Source: Euryarchaeota archaeon UBA462 (lineage in GTDB: Archaea > Thermoplasmatota > Poseidoniia > Poseidoniales > Thalassarchaeaceae). From it: DNA of 64,000 nt. The stretch lies in assembly GCA_002506755.1 (NCBI GenBank), contig DAYD01000016.1, forward strand, positions 2,853 through 66,852, written 5' to 3'. A model generated the notes under the pieces. It saw nothing but the letters and a program-made list of their open reading frames with translations, did not search any database and had not been told where the DNA came from. Shown here piece after piece: positions 9,646-19,493 of the stretch (within the stretch, counting starts at the first letter, position 1; every line of letters starts with the position of its first letter). Position numbers and translations under genes: made by a program.

Positions 9646-10480
9646 TTCCTTGGTCGCATCTGAAACGACCTCGGAACGCATAGCGGCTGACTCCATTCTG
9701 TTCAAGAGCCTGCTTTCTGAAGGAAAATATGAGCAAGCTGTCGAAATAAGTGAGTCAATACTCCACCAATCCAGAAATCTCAAGGATAGGCATTATGAAA
9801 CAGAAGCTTGGATTAGAATGGAAAGGGCTCTCCTCGGAATTATTGGATCGGAGGATGTTGGCATAGAACTTAGGTGGTGTGTCGATAGGTTCTCATCGAT
9901 ATCTTCCGGCTCTGCCTTACATGGGCTTGCGCTCCTAAACCTCGCTTCTTGGCATATCAACAACCAGGAGCATATGATGGCCCTAGTAACACTCTCTGAC
10001 ATTACGGCCTCCGCCGGACATCCGAATGACATAATTGGCCTTTCCCGTCTAGAATCCGGGCGCATACTAATTGAAATTGGGGATCTGCAGCCAGCAATGC
10101 GACATCTTTGGATAGCAATGAAAAGACTCTCATCAGAGAACATGGGGCCAGAGGCTATTGTCTGTGCAATGGAGTGGTTGGACATCGCCCTGGATAACGT
10201 AGACGAATCTACTCCACGAATGGAAGAGAGAATATCCAACGCTAAACCAAGGGAAAATCCGGGGATGTCTTCCTCACCCTCTAACCCCGAGGATATTAAG
10301 GAGGTTGTTGAATTCCTCCTTAAGTCCTCATCAGATGACCTTTCCGGACCTACACGGGATGATCTTGGGCTCGTACTAGATGCTAGCGATCTTATTGGGG
10401 AAAAATCCTGGAGAGAAGCACTTCACTCCAGATTGGGGGAAATTCAGGATCCAAGGCTAATCGAGGCACTCCAGTCGTGA
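9632..10480 (+). CDS. hypothetical alpha-helical (TPR-like) protein
   Basis: 282-aa ORF with no recognisable catalytic motif. Helical repeat character. Confidence 0.4.
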   Translation: MKGGNSLVASETTSERIAADSILFKSLLSEGKYEQAVEISESILHQSRNLKDRHYETEAWIRMERALLGIIGSEDVGIELRWCVDRFSSISSGSALHGLALLNLASWHINNQEHMMALVTLSDITASAGHPNDIIGLSRLESGRILIEIGDLQPAMRHLWIAMKRLSSENMGPEAIVCAMEWLDIALDNVDESTPRMEERISNAKPRENPGMSSSPSNPEDIKEVVEFLLKSSSDDLSGPTRDDLGLVLDASDLIGEKSWREALHSRLGEIQDPRLIEALQS

Positions 10481-10851
10481 GACCTTAATCTCTCTATTTC
10501 TTCTGCGCCCCATGCCGTCTCCTCTGGTGGTACAAGGCACCACCCAACCTCCCCTATTGAGGGATCATTAGACTCCCATGGGTCGGGAATGGCTTCTGTC
10601 TGGACCTCTACAAAGACCACTGATCCACCGTCAATTAGATCGTTATCTATCGCTTTTGCAATGCCTAGCTTCCCCGTTTCTTCGAATAGTTCTCTGAGAG
10701 CTGCCTCGTCAACAGCCTCTCCTTTCCTAATGGCGCCTCCTGGCAGCTCCCAACCCCTCTCAACATGCCGCACCATTAGCCACGCATCCATGTCTCCGAA
10801 TGCAGGGATTGCCCATACAATTACAAATTCTCTCTCAGACATCCAATTCAC
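10444..10851 (-). CDS. NUDIX hydrolase
   Basis: Nudix box GGAIRKGEAVDEAALRELFEETG (Gx5Ex7REUxEExGU). Confidence 0.75.
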   Translation of the reverse strand: MNWMSEREFVIVWAIPAFGDMDAWLMVRHVERGWELPGGAIRKGEAVDEAALRELFEETGKLGIAKAIDNDLIDGGSVVFVEVQTEAIPDPWESNDPSIGEVGWCLVPPEETAWGAEEIERLRSHDWSASISLGS

Positions 10852-11806
10852 CTATCAATTCCTCAACCAGATCGGAAACGCTTTCATCTCCCTCTGCCAT
10901 CATCCTTCTAGCTATGAAAAATGCCTCTACCACATGACCCGAATTCCTCAATTCTAATATTTTTCCGAGAAGGCCCTCATCGTCTTCAGGATAAGGCTCG
11001 TCATCCTTTTGGATTTTTGATGACATCCTACGAAGCTTATCTTGGAAATCTGCCTTATCCTGTATCGGGGGTTCCTTCCAAGGAGTCCCTTCATTTCTAT
11101 CAAACTTATCAGACATCCTTTGTTTGAACCTGTCCCTTGATGTAGAATCTGGATAGACCGTTTGTGATTGATCATAACAAAGCCAAGCTTCATCAAAATC
11201 CCCCCTCTTTTCGTGCATTCTGCCCAATTCGTCCCAGGCCTCATGGTTATTCGGTCTGTGAGCTAATAGGTGTCTGGACAAATCGAGGAATAAATCTTCA
11301 TAACCCCCTCTTCTCACTCTTTCAAGTCTTCTGGAGAACAAAATGTTTGCTCTTTGATCCGAAACGTCGAGACTTCTCAACCGGTCTGCAAACTCATTCA
11401 AACCAATCTTTCCATCCTCGATTTTACTCCACCAAGTATCAGGATCTAATGGATCCTCGGAAATCGCTGCAAGTAGTAGGTCTTCGTAAGAATCTAGGAT
11501 CTCCACTCTGTCCAACTGGACCATCAATTCCGGATCCCTTCCAAGTACAGAAAATAGATCTTCCAAAACTGCCCTAGACCCTTCGTAATCCTTCGCAATT
11601 AATTTGGATTTGATCAATACCTTCCAATTGTCCTCATTTGTGAAATCGTACAATACGCTCTGTCTGGCACTTTGCTCGCCCCAGGCCAGATTTCTAGGAT
11701 CATTTTCTGCGATCCTAAGAAACTTCTCGGCTTGGCTCCTGTATCGATTCCCCAAGCTCCTCCTAGGGTGTTGCAGTGATTTGGATAGGCTGGTCTCGTC
11801 AGGCAT
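10835..11806 (-). CDS. hypothetical helical-repeat protein
   Basis: 323-aa ORF, charged and helical, no recognisable motif. Its start overlaps the NUDIX stop. Confidence 0.4.
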   Translation of the reverse strand: MPDETSLSKSLQHPRRSLGNRYRSQAEKFLRIAENDPRNLAWGEQSARQSVLYDFTNEDNWKVLIKSKLIAKDYEGSRAVLEDLFSVLGRDPELMVQLDRVEILDSYEDLLLAAISEDPLDPDTWWSKIEDGKIGLNEFADRLRSLDVSDQRANILFSRRLERVRRGGYEDLFLDLSRHLLAHRPNNHEAWDELGRMHEKRGDFDEAWLCYDQSQTVYPDSTSRDRFKQRMSDKFDRNEGTPWKEPPIQDKADFQDKLRRMSSKIQKDDEPYPEDDEGLLGKILELRNSGHVVEAFFIARRMMAEGDESVSDLVEELIGELDV

Positions 11807-11815
11807 ATTGATTTC

Positions 11816-13180
11816 TCACAGAACCGACTCATAGGGGGATCTGTCGATTCCAGGGTCAATTGTAGCATCCATCCCTATTTTACTGGTCTTACCATCTTTG
11901 GACCTGCTAGGGTCTAGGCTTGATCCTTTTTGATCCGAGAGGATTATGGTGTCCGTATCTGGCTGCCATCTAGTCATCAAGGCCCACTCAACTCTCGAGT
12001 GGTCTGCAACGTCTATGTCCTCATCAACCACAATTACTTGCTTCATCGACTTGTGCCCATCCAAAGCAGCTTTGATTGCGATCCTCCCATCCCCGACTTC
12101 CTTGGGTATAATTTGGACCACCGATGACAACCAACCGCTTCCTCCCTCCGTCAGGTATACGTCAGTGCACTCAACAACTTCTGAGACTGCTGACTTTATT
12201 GTTGGGGCTCTGGGCATGCCCATCAAAGTCATGTGCTCAACTCCCGCTGGGATTAATGCATGAAATATGGGGGAATCTCTGTGATGGATAGCGTCGTACT
12301 CAATCACTGGTTCGAGCCTAATGTCATCAACTGTGCCTGTGATGTCGACATATGGGCCCTCCTCATCGGTATTTTGAGTAATCCTAGCCTCCATTACGTA
12401 TTCCGAGTCAGCCGGCGCCATTACTCCATTTGATAGTTCGAACACCCTCAATTCCGAACCATACAGCCTTTCATGTAAGGCAGAGGCAACTTTGAGCTCA
12501 TCCAATGGATGATCAAATGACATTGCTCCTGCAAGTAGTACCACTGGATCCGGCCCATTCACAACTGCAATATTCACCTCATCACCAGAGCCCTTTGCGG
12601 TCTCAAACATAGTCCTCAGATGGCGCGGAACTAGTCTAACGCTTGTCGTGTTGGCGCTCCTTATTAGCTGCCTGTGGAAAGAGGTATTCCTCAAACCACC
12701 ATATTGAGCGATAATTATTGAGGAAGATTGGTATCTGCCACCATCTTCAGGATAGTGCCACGGTACTGGTATATTCCTTATGTCCAGATCTTCCATTGTG
12801 TTATCCATTACAGGCGCCTCAGAAGACTCTACAACCACTGGCTCGGAAGGATTCTCCATAGCCCAAGCCAAAATATCAATCAGCTCACCCGGGCTAACAT
12901 GAAAGTACTCGCAAAGCCTGCTCCTTGTGAGGATATTTATCGCTATTCCATGGCCGGGTGCTTCCTTTACTCGATTGAATACCATGGGGCGGTTAGAATT
13001 AGCAGATGACATTTCCCGAACTTGAAAATTAACACTCACTTCCTCATCTGAAACGTCGCTTCCAACGATGAAATCCCTGAATCCCATGCTAAGGTGAGCC
13101 CGCCCAAGCCGCTTCAATGTTGGCTCATTATTTACCTTCATCAGCCTAAACTCTCTGAGTATCCTTCCCGTCAGTCTCAT
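11816..13180 (-). CDS. UbiD-family (prenylated-FMN dependent) decarboxylase
   Basis: UbiD-like conserved blocks (…IAQYGGLRNTSFHRQ…, …DPVVLLAGA…). The track ORF extends to 13603 and overlaps rps12. The internal ATG at 13180 (MRLTGRIL...) gives a 455-aa protein that does not overlap. Confidence 0.7.
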   Translation of the reverse strand: MRLTGRILREFRLMKVNNEPTLKRLGRAHLSMGFRDFIVGSDVSDEEVSVNFQVREMSSANSNRPMVFNRVKEAPGHGIAINILTRSRLCEYFHVSPGELIDILAWAMENPSEPVVVESSEAPVMDNTMEDLDIRNIPVPWHYPEDGGRYQSSSIIIAQYGGLRNTSFHRQLIRSANTTSVRLVPRHLRTMFETAKGSGDEVNIAVVNGPDPVVLLAGAMSFDHPLDELKVASALHERLYGSELRVFELSNGVMAPADSEYVMEARITQNTDEEGPYVDITGTVDDIRLEPVIEYDAIHHRDSPIFHALIPAGVEHMTLMGMPRAPTIKSAVSEVVECTDVYLTEGGSGWLSSVVQIIPKEVGDGRIAIKAALDGHKSMKQVIVVDEDIDVADHSRVEWALMTRWQPDTDTIILSDQKGSSLDPSRSKDGKTSKIGMDATIDPGIDRSPYESVL

Positions 13181-13223
13181 AAACGAATGGCATTTCGACG
13201 GGCCGTCATTTTGAGGTATATGC

Positions 13224-13664
13224 TTGGGTCGAGGGCTTTTTTCTGGTTCTAAGATGAAGTCTGATCGAAAGAGGTACCGTTGGAAAGAGAGACAATTCAG
13301 GAACAGGCAGGCCAAAAGAAAAGGAGGTGGTGTGCTAAAGCACGATCCACTGAGAGGAAGCCCACAAGCTAAGGGAATTGTGATAGAAAAGGTCGGCTTC
13401 GAGGCCAAACAACCCAACTCAGCAATAAGAAAGGCCGTAAAAATAAGCCTGATTAGGACTGGTAACAGGCTTACTGCATTCGCCCCCGGAGATGGGGCAA
13501 TTTCATTCATAGATGAACACGATGAGGTTATGGTCGAAGGCATAGGGGGAAGCAAGGGAAGATCATATGGCGATCTTCCGGGTGTCAGGTACAAGGTAAT
13601 CAAAGTAAACGGCGTTTCACTCGACGAGATGGTCAGGGGCAGAAAGGAAAAGCCAGTCAGATAG
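13224..13664 (+). CDS. rps12: ribosomal protein S12 (uS12)
   Basis: …[28 protein letters not shown]… archaeal uS12 signature. 146 aa. Confidence 0.9.
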   Translation: MGRGLFSGSKMKSDRKRYRWKERQFRNRQAKRKGGGVLKHDPLRGSPQAKGIVIEKVGFEAKQPNSAIRKAVKISLIRTGNRLTAFAPGDGAISFIDEHDEVMVEGIGGSKGRSYGDLPGVRYKVIKVNGVSLDEMVRGRKEKPVR

Positions 13665-13672
13665 GTGAGAAA

Positions 13673-14278
13673 ATGGAAGAATCTAGTGAGGTTTCCGAGG
13701 CACCCATAGCAGGGATAGGGACGATGGTGTTCGGTAAGTGGGATGCCAGCGAGGTTGTTTGCAGCGACCCGGGTATTTCCAGATACGTCAATCTAAGGAT
13801 GATCGGGGCACCACATACAGGAGGGAGGCACGCAAACGCTTGGTTTGGTAAGCAAGACCTCTCAGTCACAGAGAGATTCATCAACAATCTAATGCGATCA
13901 GGCAAGTATAGCGGGAAGAAGCAATACTGCGCCAAGTCTCTGGAGGAGGCGTTTGACAGGATAAATTCCAGGACTGGGGAGAATCCATTGCAGAAGTTCA
14001 TTGATGCAATCGCAGAAGCTGCTCCTTGTGAGGAGACAACACGAGTTAGAATTGGAGCAGTTAGTCAGCCAAAGGCCGTTGACTCCTCTCCCAGTAGAAG
14101 GCTGGACATAGCCCTCAGGAACCTCGCAATTGGTGCTGCTTCCGCCACAATGAAGAGCAAGAAATCCCTTACCGACGGGATAATTTCCGAGATTTCCAAA
14201 GCGGCAGAGGGTGATGTCAACTCGTTCGCAGTAGGCAAGAGGCACGAAGTTGAGAGAATAGCTGCCTCGGCTCGATGA
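13673..14278 (+). CDS. rps7: ribosomal protein S7 (uS7)
   Basis: 201-aa archaeal uS7. Canonical S12-S7-EF2 order. Confidence 0.9.
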   Translation: MEESSEVSEAPIAGIGTMVFGKWDASEVVCSDPGISRYVNLRMIGAPHTGGRHANAWFGKQDLSVTERFINNLMRSGKYSGKKQYCAKSLEEAFDRINSRTGENPLQKFIDAIAEAAPCEETTRVRIGAVSQPKAVDSSPSRRLDIALRNLAIGAASATMKSKKSLTDGIISEISKAAEGDVNSFAVGKRHEVERIAASAR

Positions 14279-14371
14279 TGAAAAGCTACCAATTCTTCGA
14301 CATTCTTACCAAGATCATTTCAATCGTCTTTATGAACCGTTTTCAGGTCGGCAAAATATCAGGGTGATAAT

Positions 14372-16579
14372 ATGGGTCGCAAGGAGGACAATATTAAGCG
14401 TGCCACGGAGGTAATGCACAACAGGGAACGAATCCGCAATCTAGCAATTGCGGCACACATAGACCATGGTAAGACTACACTGTCCGACAACCTGATTGCC
14501 GGTGCAGGCATGATGTCTGAAGAGTTGGCCGGCAAATCCAGAGTTCTAGATTTCGACGATCAGGAGAGTGCCAGAGGCATTACGATAAATGCAGCCAGTG
14601 CGTCTATGGTTCACGGAGTTAATGATGAAGATTACCTGATCAACCTGATCGATACCCCCGGTCACGTCGATTTTGGTGGAGACGTTACTAGAGCAATGAG
14701 AGCCGTGGATGGTTGTATAATACTTACATGTGCCGTTGAGGGTGCTATGCCCCAGACAGAGACTGTGGTTAGGCAAGCACTCAAGGAGAAGGTTCGGCCA
14801 GTACTTTTCATCAACAAAGTCGATCGGCTAATCAACGAGTTACAGGTCACTCCCGAGGACATGATGGCCAGATTCAAAGTCCAGATAACCAAGGTAAACG
14901 ATCTGATCCGCGCCTTCGCACCAGACGAGCACAAATCCGACTGGCAGGTCGACGTCGCTAAGGGGACCGTCGCCTTTGGTTCAGCATACCACAATTGGGG
15001 TATCACTGTCCCATTCATGCAAAAGTCGGGAATCAACTTCCCCCAGATTTTCGAATACTGCCAAAATGAGGAGCAGAAAGAGCTAGCTCAGAAAGCACCC
15101 GTTCATGAGGTTCTTCTAGATATGGCCGTGGAAAAACTTCCTTCCCCCTTAATAGCCCAGGAGTATAGGATACCTAATATCTGGCAAGGGGAGCTGGACT
15201 CTGATGTGGGCAAGTCAATGGTAAGTTGTGATTCAGATGGCCCCCTCTCATTGATGATAACCAAAATTTGGATGGATCCCCACGCAGGAGAAGTTGCGGT
15301 TGGAAGAGTCTATTCGGGTACAATAAAACAAGGAGAGACCGTTTGGGCAATAGGCTCAGGGAAATCCGAGCGAGTCCAGCAAGTAAGTATGATGGTTGGC
15401 GGCGATAGAATCCAAGTCCCAGGTGTATCTGCCGGAAACATCGCTGCTCTGACAGGGGTCAGAAGTGCTGCGGCAGGGGTGACTGTGGCTAGAGACCAAG
15501 ATGCGACTCCATTCGAAGCAATAAGACACTACTCGGAACCGGTCGTCACTGTTGCGATAGAACCCAAATCAATGAAGGACCTCCCGAAATTCATTGGTGC
15601 GCTAAACAGTCTGGCAAAGGCCGATGCCTCCTTGTCTGTTTCCACTAATCACGAGACTGGGGAGGCTTTGCTATCTGGCATGGGTGAACTCCATCTCGAG
15701 ATCACTATTTACAGGCTGGAAGAAGAGCAGGGCATTAAGGTCAATCAGAGCAATCCTATAGTGGTCTACAGGGAATCCATTTCCAGCGATAATAAAGGAA
15801 TGGCATTCGAAGGGAAATCTCCAAACAGGCACAACAGGTTCTATGTCGAGGTGGAGCAACTCCCCGAGGAAGTGGTCTCTGCTCTTAGAGAGGGTGTTTT
15901 CGGTGACGGTCCCGTTAGAGCTAAAGATGCGAAAGAGACAGGGAACAAATTCGCAGAATTCGGGTTGGACAAAAATCTGATGAGGAAAATATACGCGATT
16001 AATGGAACCTCTGTTTTAGTCAACGACACCAAGGGTATTCAGAACCTACATGAGACTCGAGAATTGATAATAGAGGCGTTTAATGACGTTTGCAAAAAGG
16101 GCCCTATCGCAGATGAGCCTCTTACTGGTGTTATGGTCAGGCTCGTAGATGCGAAGCTTCACGAGGATGCCATCCACAGAGGTCCTGCACAGACTATACC
16201 TGCCGTAAGGAACTCGATAAAAGGAGCCTTGATAAGGGCCAATACCGTTATCTTCGAGCCAATCCAAAAGATACGAATAGACGCTCCGACCGAGTGGGCC
16301 GGTGGAATCACAAGGCAACTAATAACCCGAAGGGGGCTTATAGAGGACATGCCTGTTGAAGGGGATGTCACTTGTGTAATTGGCAAGATGCCAGTAGCCG
16401 AGTCGTTCGGCTTTTCCAATGACATTAGGGCCGCCACTCAAGGCAGGGCCGTTTGGAACACGGAGAATGCAGGGTATGATGAGGTCCCCCCAGATCTATT
16501 TCACAAGACCGTTGGAGAAATAAGACAGAGGAAGGGCTTGAAAGAGGAGATACCCGGTGAAGCCCAATATACGGACTAA
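14372..16579 (+). CDS. fusA: translation elongation factor 2 (aEF-2)
   Basis: G1 motif AHIDHGKTTLSD and DTPGHVDF. Diphthamide-site HRGPAQ. 735 aa. Confidence 0.95.
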   Translation: MGRKEDNIKRATEVMHNRERIRNLAIAAHIDHGKTTLSDNLIAGAGMMSEELAGKSRVLDFDDQESARGITINAASASMVHGVNDEDYLINLIDTPGHVDFGGDVTRAMRAVDGCIILTCAVEGAMPQTETVVRQALKEKVRPVLFINKVDRLINELQVTPEDMMARFKVQITKVNDLIRAFAPDEHKSDWQVDVAKGTVAFGSAYHNWGITVPFMQKSGINFPQIFEYCQNEEQKELAQKAPVHEVLLDMAVEKLPSPLIAQEYRIPNIWQGELDSDVGKSMVSCDSDGPLSLMITKIWMDPHAGEVAVGRVYSGTIKQGETVWAIGSGKSERVQQVSMMVGGDRIQVPGVSAGNIAALTGVRSAAAGVTVARDQDATPFEAIRHYSEPVVTVAIEPKSMKDLPKFIGALNSLAKADASLSVSTNHETGEALLSGMGELHLEITIYRLEEEQGIKVNQSNPIVVYRESISSDNKGMAFEGKSPNRHNRFYVEVEQLPEEVVSALREGVFGDGPVRAKDAKETGNKFAEFGLDKNLMRKIYAINGTSVLVNDTKGIQNLHETRELIIEAFNDVCKKGPIADEPLTGVMVRLVDAKLHEDAIHRGPAQTIPAVRNSIKGALIRANTVIFEPIQKIRIDAPTEWAGGITRQLITRRGLIEDMPVEGDVTCVIGKMPVAESFGFSNDIRAATQGRAVWNTENAGYDEVPPDLFHKTVGEIRQRKGLKEEIPGEAQYTD

Positions 16580-18268
16580 TTAGTTGATCCTAATTAGCTG
16601 GAAATCCGTTAATTCCCTAAGAACACTAACCGCTTCGTTCGAATCTAGCTTGTCAAGACATTGGTGAGCAATCGAGTGATGATGTAATGCCCTGCCTCGG
16701 GCATATTCAACTGAGCCCGAGTCTTTGAGCTCTTTTACTGCCATCGCGAGATCTTCGTCACTACACTCCCCAGAGGCGTAAACCTTCTGGAAGTAGGGAA
16801 GAGACTGGTCACACTCTAGGGCATGGATGGCGATCAATGTCCTCTTCCCTTGGACAATATCAGATCCTGCCGGTTTTCCTAGAGTCTTAGTATCGCCTGT
16901 CAAATCAATAAGGTCATCCATCAATTGGAAACACAGCCCTAGATTCAGGCCCCATTCTGCCATATTCCCCACTTCATCGTCATTTGCCTTAGCCAGAATG
17001 GCTCCTGTCCTAGCACATGTCTCAAACATTGCACTAGTTTTGCCGGCAATCATGGCAATGTATTCGTTTTCGGTCACCGATTTTCGATTCTCAAATTCAA
17101 TGTCCTCCTGTTGACCCTCTGCGACCTTTCTCACCATCTCCCCAATTGAGGTGATTATGTGGCCTAGCTTTTCACTGGGAATCTTATCCGATTCTGCTAA
17201 TATTTCAAATCCAACCGCGAGCATAGCGTCTCCAGCGTTTATGGCGGTGGCATCGTCATATGCGACATGAACTGCATCCAGTCCTCTCCTAATTGGATCC
17301 TGATCAATGATGTCGTCGTGAATAAGTGTGAAATTGTGAATTATCTCTATCGATGCTCCCAGTGTATAGTGACCCTCATTCGCCCCGCCCAATGCTTCGG
17401 CAACCAACCTAGGAAGAATAGCCCTGAGCCTCTTACCCCCCCCTTTGAACAAATGAGTCATTGCAGAGTAAAGAGTCTCTTGCCCCATCTTTCCTAAGCT
17501 GGTCATGATTTCTTGCTCGACTATGTCCCTGTGCACAGAGAGAGCTTCTAGCAAGTTATGCCCAGGCCTTACAGGATTGCCATCCATGTCGACTTCACCA
17601 CATTGGATTATGCCTGGAATCTTCGAGTTTGCTATAGCTGACACATCCTTTCTGTTATCATGAATAAAATTCCTCCAAATGAGTCTAAACCAAGGTGCGA
17701 TTATTTCTCCGGCCCATCTGCCTTCCCCTGACATCATTTTTTCTAATGTTTCCACATCTGCCCACAGAACTTCTGAGATCTCGTTCTCATTATGATTTAT
17801 TTCAGCATCACTCTTTACGACAAGTATGTGATCTATCTCCCACTCTACCCACTCACTATCCCATCTGGCGGAATACTCCATTTTTCCAATATGGCTAAAA
17901 TCCCAATCCAAGCTATCTTCTTCTGTGATTCCCAGCTCTTGATTGAGCTTTCTTCTGGCGGCATTTTCTGCTCCTATACCATCATCTCTCTCGCCATCAA
18001 TATCCAGTGGATGACTGCAGCAACTATTTGCCCAGACGTTAGGAAAGGTAATTTTGTCAGAAGATCTCTTTTGAACCAAAAGCCTACCTTCAGAATCATA
18101 AATTAGAACACTGAAAGCTCTGTGTCTGACGCCATCCCCGCGATGAACGGATAATTTCGTCTCAGATCCGATGATATCGTCTTCCTCATTCACTAGAATG
18201 CACATCTCCTGCATCATCTCGGATTGAGCCATGTCATAGCCTTCTATCGGGGCCCCCTCAGACGTCAT
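16580..18268 (-). CDS. fusion protein: type-1 isopentenyl-diphosphate delta-isomerase (N-term) + trans-polyprenyl (geranylgeranyl) diphosphate synthase (C-term)
   Basis: N-terminal Nudix-fold IDI-1 signatures HRAFSVLIYDSEGRLLVQKRSSDKITFPNVWANSCCSHP and WEIDHILV. C-terminal FARM LIHDDIIDQD and SARM CFQLMDDLID. 562 aa in a single ORF. Confidence 0.8.
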   Translation of the reverse strand: MTSEGAPIEGYDMAQSEMMQEMCILVNEEDDIIGSETKLSVHRGDGVRHRAFSVLIYDSEGRLLVQKRSSDKITFPNVWANSCCSHPLDIDGERDDGIGAENAARRKLNQELGITEEDSLDWDFSHIGKMEYSARWDSEWVEWEIDHILVVKSDAEINHNENEISEVLWADVETLEKMMSGEGRWAGEIIAPWFRLIWRNFIHDNRKDVSAIANSKIPGIIQCGEVDMDGNPVRPGHNLLEALSVHRDIVEQEIMTSLGKMGQETLYSAMTHLFKGGGKRLRAILPRLVAEALGGANEGHYTLGASIEIIHNFTLIHDDIIDQDPIRRGLDAVHVAYDDATAINAGDAMLAVGFEILAESDKIPSEKLGHIITSIGEMVRKVAEGQQEDIEFENRKSVTENEYIAMIAGKTSAMFETCARTGAILAKANDDEVGNMAEWGLNLGLCFQLMDDLIDLTGDTKTLGKPAGSDIVQGKRTLIAIHALECDQSLPYFQKVYASGECSDEDLAMAVKELKDSGSVEYARGRALHHHSIAHQCLDKLDSNEAVSVLRELTDFQLIRIN

Positions 18269-18301
18269 GTGTTATTCGAGGGGAGGTATGTATATGAACA
18301 C

Positions 18302-19105
18302 TCAACTGGCAAGAATCTTGGTTCCGATTGTTTGGCCCTCTGTCAATAACTCAGACAATCTATTTGGCTCCCTACCATCGATTATCCATACTTGTCCCAC
18401 GTGTTCTGATATCTCAGACGCCCTCATTAACTTGAGATTTATACCACCCGTCACATCAATATCAGAATCGTGATTTGACTTCAGGTGTAAACCTGGGCTC
18501 CAAAACGGCAAGAGTTCGGCATCTTGTTCGTTTGGTGGCTTATCCATAACCCCTTCTGCATCACCAATAAGGAATATTGAGTGGGTCACCCCGGGGACCT
18601 CATTTGAAATTCTTAGCATTAGGTCATCCCCCGAAAGAATACCAAATTCAGTTCCATCGTCGGTATCAACAACATCTCCGAAGGTCAATGGAATAGCATC
18701 TTCATTTGACTTTACAAAGGCGCTCAGGTTGCCTTGAAAGCTACGGCCGGTCCCCAATGCCCAGTCGGATGGGGGATGGTTTTCACATTCCAACCCGACC
18801 TGATTTAAGCTACTCATGACCAATGAATTCAATTCTCTCATATCGCTTCTAATTTGTGATACTGCAACCCTTTGTTCCAATGATATGTCACTACGGATAC
18901 CTCCGGAAATTGACCATTCCTTTGCCAATAAATGGCCATAGGAACCGGCTCCATGGACTATCACTATTGATGAGCCAAGTTCGCTAAGCTCAGCAATAGC
19001 TTCCGCTATAGCAGCCATTCTAGTATGGCAAAACGTCTTCGACTTCGCCTTATTAGTGATAAGCCCCCCTCCCAATTTGATCACAACACGGGGGCCCATG
19101 GTCAA
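18302..19105 (-). CDS. ipk: isopentenyl phosphate kinase (amino-acid-kinase family)
   Basis: VVIKLGGGLITNK... AAK fold with IVHGAGSYGH. Archaeal alternative mevalonate pathway enzyme. Adjacent to the IDI/GGPPS fusion. Confidence 0.75.
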   Translation of the reverse strand: MTMGPRVVIKLGGGLITNKAKSKTFCHTRMAAIAEAIAELSELGSSIVIVHGAGSYGHLLAKEWSISGGIRSDISLEQRVAVSQIRSDMRELNSLVMSSLNQVGLECENHPPSDWALGTGRSFQGNLSAFVKSNEDAIPLTFGDVVDTDDGTEFGILSGDDLMLRISNEVPGVTHSIFLIGDAEGVMDKPPNEQDAELLPFWSPGLHLKSNHDSDIDVTGGINLKLMRASEISEHVGQVWIIDGREPNRLSELLTEGQTIGTKILAS

Positions 19106-19178
19106 TCTTTGATGGCATCGTATCTAACTTTTTCAACTCAAAACATACAGTTTAATCCAAATACCCAGTGGGTGTGAT

Positions 19179-19493
19179 GTGAAAGAACCATCAGATATTG
19201 AACGGTTCCAGAGATGGCTCCAGTCCGAATTATCCGAAGCATCTGCAATTGAGGATAAGGAAGAGAGGGAAAAAAGACAGATTCAGATCGAGATAGCTAT
19301 ATCTGAAGCTATCAAATTTAGACAGTTGGTCGACACCGTGAAGATAGCCTCGCCATTCATTCAGAGGGACACCAATGTAAGAGAACCAGGAAACTCAGAA
19401 GTCAAACCTACAGTGAAGTCTGGAGAATGTCACTCATGCGGGGCTATCAGGACTAGTGATATAGAATTCTGTCCAGTTTGTGGCGAATTCTAA
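19179..19493 (+). CDS. small zinc-ribbon protein, function unknown
   Basis: 104 aa with a helical acidic N-terminus and a C-terminal CHSCG...CPVCGEF zinc ribbon. Confidence 0.35.
   Translation: MKEPSDIERFQRWLQSELSEASAIEDKEEREKRQIQIEIAISEAIKFRQLVDTVKIASPFIQRDTNVREPGNSEVKPTVKSGECHSCGAIRTSDIEFCPVCGEF

Noticed and set aside
14546-16437. Multiple 60-124-aa minus-strand ORFs inside the EF-2 gene, and similar antisense ORFs inside metG, pntB and tkt
   Set aside because: They are antisense to highly conserved genes, low-complexity, and have no start context. Typical shadow ORFs.
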